A stretch of DNA of 64,000 nucleotides, taken from the NCBI RefSeq assembly GCF_963921235.1, contig NC_086109.1, positions 34,536,001-34,600,000 of the forward strand, in the 5' to 3' direction. Of this stretch, positions 1 to 13,900 are shown piece after piece. The stretch is from Mobula hypostoma (lineage: Eukaryota). Each line of letters opens with the position of its first letter. The stretch's first letter is position 1. Both the position numbers and the translations under genes were made by a program. The notes under the pieces were generated by a model. That model saw only the letters and a program-made list of their open reading frames with translations. It had not been told where the DNA came from and did no database searches.

Positions 1-1729
1 TGTACTGGATTGGGTATTTTGCATCAGTCTTCACTGAGGAAGACATCAGTAGTATACCGGACGCTCAAAGGTGGCAGGGAAGAGAAGTGTGCGCAGTCAC
101 AATTACAACAGAGAAAGTACTCAGGAAGCTGAATAGTCAAAAGGTAGATAAATCTCCTGGACCAGATGGAATGCACCCTTGTGTTCTGAAGGAAGTAGCT
201 GTGGAGATTGCAGAGGCATTAGCGATGATCTTTCAAAAGTCGATGGATTCTGGCATGGTTCCGGAGGACTGGAAGATTGCAAATGTCACTCCACTATTTA
301 AGAAGGGGGCAAGGAAGCAAAAAGGAAATTATAGACCTGTTAGTTTGACATCAGTGGTTGGGAAGTTGTTGGAGTCAATTGTCAAGGAAGAGGTTATAGA
401 GTACCTGGAGGCATATGACAAGATAGGCAGAACTCAGCATGGTTTTCTTAAAGGAAAATCCTGCCTGACAAACCTATTATAATTTTTTGAGGAAATTACA
501 AGTAGGCTAGACAAGGGAGATGCAGTGGATGTTGTATATTTGGATTTTCAGAGGGCCTTTGACAAGGTGCCACACATGAGGCTACTTAACAAGATAAGAG
601 CCCATGGAATTACGGGAAAGTTACATATGTGGATAGGGCGTTGGCTGATTGGCAGGAAACAGAGAGTGGGAATAAAGGGATCCTATTCTGGTTGGCTGCC
701 GGTTACCAGTGGTGTTCCACAGGGATCAGTGTTGGGGCCGTTTCTTTTTACATTGTACATCAACGATCTGGATTATGGAATAGATGGCTTTGTGGCTAAG
801 TTTGTTGATGATATGAAGGTAGGTGGAGGGGCTGGCAGTGCTGAGGAAACAGAGTCTGCAGAGAGACTTGGATAGATTAGAAGAATGGGCAAAGAAGTGG
901 CAAATGAAATAAAATGTTGGAAAGTGTATGGTTATGCACTTTGGCAGAAGAAATAAACGGGCAGACTATTATTTAAATGGGGAGAGAATTCAAAGTTCTG
1001 AGATGCAGCGGGACTTGGGAGTCCTCGTGCAGGATACCCTTAAGGTTAACCTCCAGATTGAGTTGATGGTGAAGAAGGCGAATGCAATGTTGGCATTCAT
1101 TTCTAGAGGAATAAAGTATAGGAGCAGGGATGTGATGTTAGGCTCTATAAGGCGCTGGTGAGACCTCACTTGGAGTATTGTGGGCAGTTTTGGTCTCCCT
1201 ATTTAAGAAAGGATTGCTGATCTTGGAGAGAGTACAGAGACGAGTCACTAGAATGATTCCGGGAATGAGAGGGTTAACATATAAGGAACATTTGTCTGCT
1301 CTTGGACTGTATTCCTTGGAGTTTAGAAGAATGAGGGGGGACCTCATAGAAACATTTTGAATGTTGAAAGGCATGGACAGAGTGGATGTGGCAAAGTTGT
1401 TTCCCATGATGGGGGAGTCTAGTACGAGAGGGCATGACTTAAGGATTGAAGGGCAATGAACAGAGATGCAAGGAAATTTTTTTAGCCAGAGGGTGGTGAA
1501 TCTATGGAATTTGTTGCTACGGGCGGCAGTGGAGCCCAAGTCATTGAGTGTATTTAAGGCAGAGATTGATAGGTATCTGAGTAGCCAGGGCATCAAAGGT
1601 TATGGTGAGAAGACGGGGGAGTGGAACTAAATGGGAGAATGGATCAGCTCATGATAAAATGGCAGAGCAAACTCGATGGGCCGAATGGCCGACTTCTGCT
1701 GCTTTGTCTTATGGTCTTATGGTCTTATG
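1..1729 (+). mobile_element. CR1-clade LINE (HER1-like), 3' part of ORF2 RT plus 3' UTR, with stops/frameshifts
   Basis: KSPGPDG, NYRPVSLTS, QHGF, YLDFQRAFDKV, SGVPQGSVLGP, KFVDD; 3' stem-loop GATGGGCCGAATGGCC and (TCTTATGG)n tail. Confidence 0.93.
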
Positions 1730-2020
1730 ACATCATCAAGCTCTACAATCATCTTTTCACTCAGATCAGGTCTCTTGCACTTTCCAGTTTTGAACTTGTT
1801 GCTCATAGATGGCCATCCCTTCAGTAGCCAAAGTCCGAATTGAAAAACATCCCTCAATCACATCTCTTCACCATGCTATTTTGCTTTACCTCCTTGAAGA
1901 TGATCTTTAATTCTTAACTCTTTGACCAGCTATCATTTCGTTTTGTTCCAAATTTTAATAATGAAAGCAGGAATTATCTTTTCAATATTTTCTGTTTCTA
2001 AAAACATGATTTAAATGTAA

Positions 2021-2290
2021 GTTGGAGGAATGCAGCAGCTCAGGCAGCATCCATGGAGAGGAATAAACAGTTGATGTTTTGGGCCAAGACCCTTCTCTTG
2101 CCAGTATATTTCTTCCCCTCCCCCCAGCTTCTTCTAACTCCTTCCCCCTTCCTTCCCAGTCATGATGAAGGGTCTCAGCCTGAAACATTGATTGGCTATT
2201 CCTCTCTATAGATGCTGCCCGACCTGCTGAATTCCTCCAGCATTTTGTGCGTATTGCTCTGGATCTCCAGCATCTGCAGAATCTCTTGTG
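2021..2290. mobile_element. Penelope-like pseudo-LTR fragment with inverted architecture
   Basis: 2021..2095 is the reverse complement of ~2166..2242; same repeat as 45540..45648. Confidence 0.75.
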
Positions 2291-4094
2291 CTTAAATGCA
2301 AGCTGATGTTTTGTGTCAAAAAAATTCATCCAGGGATTTTTACTGTGAAAAATATCAAACATCTGAAAATGACATCTTTCACATCTCAATAATTGATTAA
2401 CAGGAATTACATGGTTCTACAATATTGTCTACTCAAACAAAGAAGGTGCTGTGTTAATAAAATGACTGATCTGGTAATTTAAATCTTTGCAGCAGTATCA
2501 TTGGCAAATGAGTTAGTATAAACTCAGATGTTCATCATTTAAGATAGATACTGTAAAGTGTATTTCAATCTGATCAATCAATAATGCTATTAAAACTGGG
2601 AATTTTATGCCAATTTATTTACTAGTGCACTGTTTTGCAATCAGCTATTTCAGCATCAGTGTTCTATGTCCGGCCAATGATAAAATGATATCCTTTTACA
2701 TTGTGTAATATTTCTAATCTCTTCAAAATCTTACTCATTCCAGTTTTTATGAGAAGAGCCAAAATTCACTGTTCGTGACAAAATGAATTATGTCAGAAAA
2801 CCACAGGCAAAGATTTCAACACCATCTGTGTCATAAATACATTTGTTCGTGACTTTTATGCTTACTGCTGGGGAAATTACTCACAAACAGAAAACGCTGG
2901 AATTGTTCAGAAAGGAAACCAGCTTCTGTAAGAGTGAGAAAAACAGAACGACAGTTCCAAATGTTCACAGAGAGAACATTTGTTCGCGGAGAGACCTAGT
3001 ATTGATTGCTTTGCAGCTTTGGAACACATTTTGGAATTAGCATTTTTGGTGAGAATTTAGCATTGATGAGATTTCTTTTATAAAATTCTCATCAATTTAT
3101 CGCTTGTAAAGTGATGGGAACTTTAGCACTCTTGTGAAAGATGAGAAGTGAAAAAGATGTGATTCTGGAATCAGAAAGCATACTCTTTCACCTGCCCACC
3201 GGCATCTGGAATGAGTTGGAACTAGAGCAGACAGCCACTCTGCTTTGGAGAGTCTACTTGGTCACTGAGTTCTGTAAATATGAGACGATACCATTCCAGT
3301 CTGCCCCACCTGCAATACCATTTGGCTAATCTGTGTGTGGTCTCAATTCCTCCTCTACAATAGTTGCTCAGCCCTCAATTCCCCTACCTTTCAAACAGTG
3401 ATCTACCTTCTCTTTTGTTGCTTCCAAAGATCTGGCCTCCACAATCTTTGCAATAGAGAATTCAAAGGAAGCCATGTGCTCTTCTTTGAATCTGAATTTT
3501 AACCCATTCAGGCCTCAAGAAAGATGATGTCAAGGGCCAGTTCTATCAGGTAATCACTACCTCTGGGCCAACAGGAGCATAGGATTTCCTCCAGGCTCAG
3601 TGTGGTTGCATGTCTGCTAAGTGTCACCACAGACCAGGCTTCAGTTCTCTTCAGATCCCTCCTTGATTCCACGTCATCAAGCCTTCCAATCCTTTCAACT
3701 ATATTTTAACCAGTTGCCTGTGATCTCTGCTCCCAGTTACCATGAAATGAATTTTCTTTCTGGTGGCACATTTGTGCCACAGCATTTCCCAAATGATAGC
3801 ATTGTAAACCTATCTATCAGTATGTTTTCGAGGCAGGGAATTTAATCAGAAACAAAACATCCATGGCTTACATTTAAAGCGTATTACTCATAGGCTTAAG
3901 TTCCATCCTAACTTCTAAGTTTTAGCCCTGTGAACAGAAGCAAGCCTCATAGCCGTAGTATTGAAGATAAAGCAGGTGACTTTGAAATTTGTCACCACTT
4001 GATGTGGCTAGCTTTTTTTCTGTAGAGATACATACAGATAGAAGGTCTGATGGCCATTATAAAGAATCGAGGAAAACGTAATAATTATAGATGA

Positions 4095-4308
4095 TACGAT
4101 AGTGTAGCAGTTAGTGCCAGCACCTTGGGTTCAAATCTGCCGTTTTCTGAAAGGAATTTGTATATTCAACCCATGACAGGAATAGGGTTCCTTGGGTGCT
4201 TCAGCTTCCTCCCACATTCCAAAGATATATGGGCTAGAAGGTTAATTGGTCACACAAAGTAGGTGTACTTGGGTGGTGCGGGCTTGTAGCTCAAAATAAA
4301 TAAATAAG
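4095..4308 (+). mobile_element. V-SINE, degraded
   Basis: GGGTTCAAATC B-box, V-domain remnant, (AAAT)n tail. Confidence 0.68.
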
Positions 4309-4864
4309 GGAAATTCATTTGCACTCAAAATGTAAAGATCCTAGAAGCCATGCAGTTCATTTACTGAGCTTACTGATTAGAAAAATTAACTCCAGGTCAA
4401 AGATTTGGTAGAATCATAATGATCTTTTATTATCTATCTTTTTGAGAATGAAACATACAAATCTTTATTTTGATTAATCAGCAAAAGGGAATGAAAACTG
4501 TGGGTGCTGGGAATATGAAGCAAGAAAAGAAAATGCAGGTAATATTCAGAAGGTCAGACAGTATCTGTGGAGAGAGAAGTAGAGTTAATGTAGCAGGTCA
4601 GTGACTGCATCAACAACATTTGGATGTAATACTTAAAAAATGGAAAATTCTAGAAGTGTACACCTGATTTCCTGGTCTTAGTACAATCTTAGGAAATAAG
4701 CCGGTTTAGCATTTCCTAACCACTTCTGATTTCTGATGAATTAACAAAAAACAATTGCATCATCTTGCTAAACAACAGTTGTGTATGTAAATGTGTTTAA
4801 GTATTGCTGATGCATTTCTCCATGTAAATTTTCTGATTCCAAGATTGCAATAATTATGTTGCAG

Positions 4865-4942
4865 GAGGCTGCTGATGGTGCACCTGCTTTGTCAAAGCCA
4901 TCAGGAAGAAAAACTAGTGGGAATTATCAAGAAGTCAAAGAG
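4865..4942 (+). CDS. ITPR3: ITPR3 exon (window exon 1): [26 protein letters not shown]
   Basis: ttgcag acceptor, gtgagt donor, 78 nt, phase 0/0; resembles ITPR3 GEKSSENYQIVKG, which precedes ILERL. Confidence 0.82.
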
Positions 4943-7900
4943 GTGAGTTGTTTTATTTTAGAACAAAAGTGAACCATGATAAGAATGGATCTCCGAGCAA
5001 CACACAAAATGCTGGAGGAACTCAGAAGGCCAGGGAGCATCTAGGAAAAGAGTACAGTTGAAGTCTCAGGCTGAAACCCTTCGGCAGGAAGTGTGTGTGC
5101 GTTGCGTGGATATCCAGCAACTGCAGATTTTCTGTTGTTTGTGATAAGAATGCATCACCTCATGTTACCCTGATCTCTCAGCATTGTAGGTGGATAGCAA
5201 GTTAGAATCTAATCCCAAATGAGTTTCATTTCTCCATCATCCAGAAGTAGATTCAGGACATAAGATATAGGAGCAGAAATAGCCTATTTGGCCGATCAAG
5301 TCTGCTCTGTCATTTCATCATGGCTGATGTATCTCCCTCTCGGCCACAATCACCTGTCTTTGACCTGTAATGTGACCATTTATCCAATTATTTCCCCCCT
5401 TATTCTGTGGACTTAGCATAGCAATTACTGTTTTCTCTTCAGTAATATGTCTAAGTTGTAATATATATATTTAGAAGGGAGATACAGGGTATACTCTCAT
5501 CTCACTGCTGCAGAGACTATGCATAATTCTTAAAGGCAGCTTCATTCTGAACAAGCTGCCAACTCAGTGTCTAATGATAGCAATGGAAGCAGCCAAGTGC
5601 TGATGTAAAAGAACTGGGAAAAAGAATGTATATTTAGAGCAGTTTCTCTAAGTCCAGGAAATAGACACAGTGGCCACTTTATTAGGTACACCTGTACCCC
5701 TTGTTAATACAAGCGGTTCAGTTGTTCAGACCAAACATCAGAACGGGGAAGCCATGTGAGCGAAGTGATTTTGACCACAGAATGATTGTTGGTGCCAGAC
5801 AGGCTGGTTTGAGTACCTCAGAAACTGCTAATGTTCTGGGATTTTAAGCACAACAGTCTCTAGAGTTTGCAGAGAATGATGCAAAAAACAAAGAAACGAC
5901 ATCCAGTGAGTGGCAGTTCTATGGGCAAAAATGCTTTGTTAGTGAGGTCAGAGGAGAATGGCCAGACTGGTTCAAGCTGACAAGTACGCAACGGTAATTC
6001 AAATAGCTACACGTTACAACAGTGGTCTGCAGAAGAGCATCTCTGAATGCACAACACACTGAACCTTGAAGTGGATGGGTTGCAGCAACAGAAGGCAATG
6101 AACATACAAGAGGTACCTAATAAAGTGGCCACTGAGTGTGTAATCTTGTCAGGGATAATTCACAGAGAGAGAAAGAGTACACATTCCTGATCTCATCCAC
6201 ACTGTGTTCCAGGAATATAAATTTATCTATAATTTCAATCTTTCAGATTTTGGAGCGTCTAAATAAAATGTGTGGTGTTGGTGAACAAGCTAGAAGAAAA
6301 CAGCAGAGGCTGATGAAAAATATGGGTGCTCATAAAATTTTACTGGATCTTCTTCAGGTGCCGTATGACAAGGTGAGAATGTTGGCACACTTGTGATAAT
6401 GACAGACCAACATAAACAAATTCATAGCCATTGAATACAATGGGTGGACAGTCAGTAGTTATTCTTTACTAGAAAACATTGTAATGTGTAAACCTTCAGC
6501 TTCATTTTATTCTAAGCTCTTTACCCTTGATTTTCTCCGTCCGTTTGGGAAATTTTCAGCCCCCAGAAACTGATGGATTTGGATGGGCTTGGAGAAGTAA
6601 TTAAGAAAATTAGAAACCTTCCTCTAACTGACAAACTTATGACTTTTACAAAAATTTGTGGACCTCAAAATCTACCAGCACTTAACCATGATGAGCTGTG
6701 TCTCCTCTGTTCTGGGAATTCCATTAGCTAATGCTGTACTTCCAGGGGAATCGCAATGCGTTTGGAATACACAAGGTCCAAGACGAGTTTTTTGTTTTAT
6801 GCATAAGTACACGTGCGCATAGGTCCAATGAGAAACTTACTTGAAGCTGCATCACAGACACTTAGCACCTGATACACAATATTTTCAAGAAAAACATAAA
6901 TTAAATTGAAATTATCCAAAAGTTATGCTGGAAAAGTTGAAATTTAGGACAAAAGAGTCTATTGTAATTCAAAGTGGTCACAATGATTGTGATTAGTTGA
7001 GTGGTGATTAGGACTGGTCAGGTGGGTTCATGAATCAAATGGTTGAAGGGAAGTGGTTGTTATTGGAAATGGTACTGTGGGAATTGAAGCTTCTGCACCT
7101 GTTGCCCAATAATAACCGTGAGCACATGGCAGAACCTGGGTAATGGGGGTCTTTGAAGAGAGATAATCCTTCGTGAGGCATCAGCTCATGAAGATACGGC
7201 CACTGGTGGGAAGGGACATACATTGATGTATTGGCTTGAGTTTGTTGCTCTTTGCAGCTTCTTATGCTCCTGTATATTCAAACTTCCGTATCAGACTATA
7301 ATGCCACCAGTCAGGATACTCCCCAGTGTTTGGGCATCCACTACCTGCCCAGGCTCACAGGATCTTTATTCTGTGTTCTTCCCTCTTTGCTACAATTCAG
7401 CATCATTACTCCATTAAACTTGCACCAAAAATATGGTAATTGTATACGCCTAGATGACAATGGAATTCCAATTGTTACTTCTCCAAAGTTTGCAGATGAG
7501 CATGGAATCTGAAAATTTATGTCAGCCTCGACTATTTTCAAAAACAAAATATATAAAGTGGTGGATGCTAATATTTATTTATTTAGCCACGTGGCACAGA
7601 GTAGCCCTTCTGGCCCTTTGAGCACACTGCCCCAGCAAGCCCACAACCCCGATTAACCCTAACTTAATTGCAGGACAATTTACAATGACCAATTAAACAA
7701 CCCGGTATGTCCTTGGATCATGGGAGAAGACCGGAGCACCTGGGGAAAGCCCATGCATACATGGAGACTTCGTACAGAGCGGCACCGGATTTGAACTCTG
7801 AACTTTGGAATGCCTCGAGCTGTAATATTGTAATACCCCAACAGATAATAGTAGACCAATGAAATTATAGAATTTCAAGATATACGGTTACTGTAAATCT

Positions 7901-10900
7901 TGTTTTTTAAGACTCTTTCTTTTGCTGCAGACCAGAAACACAGCACAGTAGCGTAGTGGTTAGCACAGCACTTTACAGTATCAGTGACTAAGGTTCAGTT
8001 CCCTCCACTGCCTGTAAGGAGTTTATACATTCCTCTGGGTGCTCCAGTTTCCTCCTACAGTCCAAAGACGTACCAATTGATAGGTTAATAGGTCATTGTA
8101 AATTGTTTTGTGATTAGGCTAAGTGCTTGTAGGGCAATGTAGCTCAAAGGGCTGAAACAGCCTACTCCAAGCTGTATCTCAATAAATAAGTAAACTTGGG
8201 CCAATGAACATCATTAACCAGGTGATTTATTCTTCTAGGTTTTCTGATTACTTGTGTTGTACCCAATCTAAATTGATTCATCGACATATATTTGTTGAAA
8301 TATTCTCAAACTTGTTTCTACATCACCTCCACAACTTTGAAGAAACTCTTGTAAATGTGAAATCAATGCAAGAAATGCTTGGCAGGACAGACATCATCTG
8401 TGGTGTTTCCCTTTCTGTTGACACTGCCTTGCCTTCTAATTATTCCCCGTATTTCAGTTCTTAATTCAGGTTTCCAGCATTTGAATTTTTTATCTTGCTG
8501 TTCAACCTTTGTAAGAGTGGTTTCTGACTCATGTCAAACTTGGTTTTTGCAATGAAACAGCCCCAGTGGAATTCCCAACCTTTATTTGAGGCTGGTGCAT
8601 TGTATTTCAAGGTACCTGTGTCTCCTTCATGTATCATTGTGTATATTATCAAATAGGTAATATTGTCTTAATGTGCAATCTCAGAGAGCTCATTCATTTA
8701 ACCCGTACTATTTAATAAATCTGCAGGATATTTTTAGAGGCGTTCTGAAGTAAGAAAAGTACTGCCCTATTTTAATTATACCACAAAACAAAATTGGACT
8801 TACTCCAGTGAACTCTTTCTCAACATAATATATTTTCCGAAAAATTAATGAATCCTGTGTTTTATTGCAGAATGATGCAAAAATGTGTGAGATTTTGAAG
8901 TACGCACATCAATTCCTTCAGAAGTTCTGTGCAGGAAGTCCTGAGAATCAAACTCTACTTCACAAGCACTTGAACCTTTTCTTAACTTCTGGAGTAAGTA
9001 ATCATCTGTCCACATGGTCATGCAAGGTTAAGATTAACCAACATGCAGTTTTAACCCTCCAGACATAGAGTTTCTGTTAAGTTAATGTTTACAGTCCTTC
9101 ATAAAGGAATGTCAACTTGATATACATAATTAAATGTGTAACCTAAAAAAAGACAGCTACAATTCCGTATCAAACCAGATAGGCAAGGTCTAAAAATGTA
9201 AAGAAAGCTCTGGAAATACTCAGCATTAGTGTATATTTCAGGAAATACTCAGTAATTATTTATTTTTATTTTAGAGTTATAGCATCTACAGTACTCTGCT
9301 TCTGGTAGAATTTCAGGTTTGCCCGGATTTTCTTGCCTGGCCGCTCCACTACAAATCCTGTCACCCAGAACACTGGGTTTGTTCTACTAACTGCCTCAGG
9401 ATATATCTAGTTATGGAACAGGCCATGGTGAGCTCAGTAGATAATCATACAAGGAAGTGGGAGACTTCATGCAGATGAAAATATAACTACCTAATTGTTA
9501 TCTCAAGCTGCTGTCATGCTTAATATTGAACTCTAATTGTCTACTAAAATGCTTACAGAAAAATAGGGAATGTAATTGATTCTGATGCGTCTCCACAGTG
9601 GTTGCTCTTGTATGTACGACTGCCTTTGATTAGGGTTGCCAACTCTGGTGTGCCCTCTTTCTGCCCTTCAGTGAAATCATGTCTGATTTGATCTAGATTT
9701 CTATTTTTCAACCTGATCCTCAAAATCCTAACTTCCTTTAGAATCAAACTATTTGATCGACCTCATGAATTTATGAGGCAATTTAGCCACTGCCACACTC
9801 AGGAGTAGCAAATTCCAAAATCTAGATAAGGATGAAGAATTCGCTATATATTGCTGAAGGTGTCATATTTGAGTGTGTGCAGTATATGGAATAGGACCAA
9901 TGAACTTATAGCACTGTTACAGATTGGCTTTTAGTCTGACCTTAATGGTTGGGAAGATGTTCGAGTCAATTGTTAAGGATGTGATTTCGGGATACTTGGA
10001 GGCACATGATAAAATAGGCCACTGTCGGCATGGTTTCCTCAAAGGAAAATCTTGCCTGACAGATCTGTTGGAATTCATTGAAGAAATAACAAGCAGGATA
10101 GACAAAGGAGAATTGGTTGATGTGTGCTTGGATTTTCAGAAGTCCTTTGACGGGGTGCCAACATGAGGCAGCTTAACAAGCTATGAGCCCAGGAAAGACT
10201 GTAACATGGATAAAGCAGTGGCTGGTTAGCAGGAGTGACAGAGTGGGAATAAAGGGGGGTTTTTGTGGTACCGCCAGTGGTGTTCCACAGGGTCTGTGTT
10301 GGCACCAATTCTTTTTATGTTCTATGTCAATGCTTTGGACGATGGAATTGATGGACTTGTTGCAAAGTTTGCAGGCGATAGGAAGATAGGTGGAGGAGCA
10401 GGTAGTTTTGAGTAAGTAGGCTACAGAAGGACCTAGACAGATTAGGAGAGTGGGCAAAAAATTGGCAGATGGAATACAGTGTCAGGAAGAATATGGTCAT
10501 GCACTTTGGTAGAAGAAGTGAAAGGGCTGACTATTTTCTAAATGGAGAGAAAATACAAAAAGGGATTTTAGAGTCTTTGTGCAGGATTCCCGAAAAGTTA
10601 ATTTACAGGTTAAGTCTGTGGTGAGGCAGGCAAATGCGATGTTAGCATTCATTTCAAGAGAACTATAATATAAATGCAAGGATGTAATGTTGAGACTTTA
10701 TAAAGCACTGGTGAGGTCTCACTAGAAGTATTGTGTGCAGTTTAGGACCCTTTATCTCAGAAAAGACGTACTGAAACTGAAGAGGGTTCAAAGGAGGTTC
10801 ACAAAAATTATTCCAGTATTAAATGTCTTGTCATATGAAGATCACTTGATGGCTCTGTATTCACTGGAATTTAGAAGGATGAGAAGTGTCCTAATTGAAA

Positions 10901-13900
10901 CTTATCAAATTTTGAAAGGCCTTGATAGAGTGTTCCTTATGCTAGGAGTGTCTAAGACCAGAGGACACAGCGGCCTTTTAGAACGGAGATGAGGAGGAAT
11001 TTCCTTAGCCAGAGAGTGGTGAATCTGTGGAATTCATTGCCACAGGCAGCTGTGGAGTTCAAGTCTTTATGTATAATTAAGGCAGAGATAAGTCAGGACA
11101 TGTAGTGATACAATGGGGAAGGCAGGATATTGGGGCTGAGAGGAAAAATGAATCAGCCATGATGAAATAGCAGAGCAGACTCGATGGGCCAAGTGGCCTA
11201 GTTCTACTTCTATATCTTATGGTCTTATGGCATTAACCTGGAAATAACAAAGAAATCTGGATAACCAGACTGGGGTACAACCTCAAGAAGAAGATAGATT
11301 AAAATTTCCAGCCAGATCTGCTTCTGTCAAAGTGCCTTATCCAGATCATCATAGAGTGTCTGACTTTCTGCTTTCATTTCAGTCATTTCTATTGCCATGA
11401 AGTGAGGGTAAGAAATGTCCGTGTTGTCTTTCAGCTCTTGGAAGCGGAGACTATGCAGCACATCTTCATGAACAACTACCATCTGTGTTCCGAGATAAGT
11501 GAAACAGTTTTGCAGCACTTCGTGCATTGCTTGGCAACACATGGTCGCCACGTGAATTATCTCGAGTTCCTGCACACCATAATAAAAACTGACGGGAAGT
11601 ATATCAAAAAGTGTCAGGATATGGTGATGACAGAGGTAAAAGCAACTTAAAGCTCTTACAGTATTGACTGTTAGTTACGTTGACCATGAATATCTGATTT
11701 ATAGCCATTAGAGGAAGACAACCTTCAATTTGAATGATTTGTTTTATATCAATAGCTGACCAGTGCTGGTGATGATGTCGTTGTGTTCTACAATGACAAG
11801 GCCTCTTTTGCTACCATGTTGGAAATGATGAATACAGCCAGAGATGGTGTGGAAGAAAACAGCCCCCTTGCATATCATATCTCGCTGGTGCATTTGCTTG
11901 CAGCCTGTGCTGAGGGCAAGAATGTTTATACGGAAATCAAATGTACCTCCCTGCTGCCTTTGGAGGACATAGTACGAGTGGTTCTTCACGAGGACTGCAT
12001 AACAGAGGTATTGCTCACCGTTTCTGCGTTCTTCAAAAACAGCAACATCAATTCCAAATCTAGTTTAGCTGTTTTTTTAATATAAACAATGAAGCAAATT
12101 GAAAGTCAAGAAGAATGAGGAAATGACAAAGAGGAACAATTTTTAATTTGTCACTCAGATAAAAAATAGACGCTATAAAATTGTGACCGAATCAGAATAA
12201 AGCAGGCTACAAGAGGATATTGTTTCTGTTACTGTACACTTCCAGATAAACTAGTGCTGCCATGCACAGAATTCGGGAGTAAAAGCACAAAGAGTGTGGG
12301 CAAGCAGAATAAAATGAAGTATTGCTTGTGTTACATATGTTAGCAATGGCTTTATTCATGCTATACCTCCAGAAGTATTTTAGTACTGAATTTGTTTTTT
12401 TAAATGCACATGGCAGTGGTGCATGTAATGTGGGCCTGAGTATTCACCCTCATCATGTATATACCAGAATTTGGAGAATAGAGCACTTGGAGGAAAAGGA
12501 GCTTCAATGGATTTTTTTTTGTTAAGAAGAGTAAAAACAGAATGATGGTAGTGATGTTGTTTATTTAATTCCAGGGCATTTCAGTGCACTTTCCATTTAC
12601 AATTGTATGTCTTCTATGTGTCAGGTGAAAGTTGCCTATGTCAATTTTGTGAATCACTGTTATGTGGACACAGAAGTGGAAATGAAGGAGATTTACACCA
12701 GTAACCACATCTGGAAAATTTTTGAGACCTTCACAGTGGATATAGCACAGGTAGGTGAAAGGTGTGTAACATGAAAGGCACAGTGAAACGTAGAACATGA
12801 GCTACACGTTGAGGAAACTGAGGTATGATATTGCTAATCAATGTGCCGGGACTGAGGCTTCTGTCTTTATGGGGTGCTGGTCAAGCAATTCTCTAACCTA
12901 GATAAATAAGCTATAAATAGACAATAAGACCATAAGATATAAGAGCAGAATTAGATCATTTGGCCCATCGAGTCTGCTCTGCCATTTCATCATGGCTGAT
13001 CCATTTTCTCTCTCAGCTCCAATCTCCTGCCTTCTCCCCATATCCCTTCACGTCCTGACCAATCAAATGTTCAAAGGTCCAATTTATTGTCAGAGAAATG
13101 TATGTAATATACATCCTGAAATGCTTTCTCTTCCCAACCATTCACGTAAACAGAGAAGTGCCCCAAAGTATGAACAACAGTTAGATGTTAGAACCCCAAA
13201 GTAGCCCCCAGCTCCCCTCCCTCCCACACGTAAGCGGAGGCAAGCAGCCATCCCCCTCCCCCCATGGCAAAAAAAGCAACGGCACCTGCCCCCGAGCACT
13301 CAAGCGTTAGCAAATCAATAGGAAAGACACAGACTTGCAGTTACCCCAAAGACTTTGTGATTCACCCGGTATTCAACATGCCACAGACTCTCTCTGTCTC
13401 CCTAACAAGGGAGAAGGAGATGTCTCTGTTTTCCCAGTGAGCAGGGAGACATAACAAACAACTTGCTGGTTTATGATGTTAGAAGTCCGTTACGTTGCTT
13501 TTTTCGAGCTCTGTACCAGGAGATCTCAAAGATCTCGGGTCTCCGGGCACACAGACGATATCCCGACTCCCCCAATGACACATGGGTCTCCTGCTGTGAC
13601 ACTGACCCTTGATTCGCCCGTCTCCAGAGCCCTGAGATCCTCGGCTTCCAAATCCAAGCTGGCCTCTTAGGCCGAGCCCTTGGCGTGCCGAACAACAATG
13701 GTCAGTTATGAAGCCCAGAGAGCAGGTTCTATTCCCGCAAAGAACCAAAGTCAGCTTGTAACTCCAGGTCAGGGTCTTCCAAAGAACCCTGAAAGGGAAA
13801 ATTAAAGATGGAAATAGAGCAGATTCCGAAGATGCAAGCAAAGGAGTGGCTGTTTAGCGCCAAGGATCTATCTACTTCCACAGCCGCCTGTGGCAATGAA

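Noticed and set aside
9631..9648. TAGGGTTGCCAAC hAT/Tip100-like terminus
   Set aside because: No matching second terminus or TSD found
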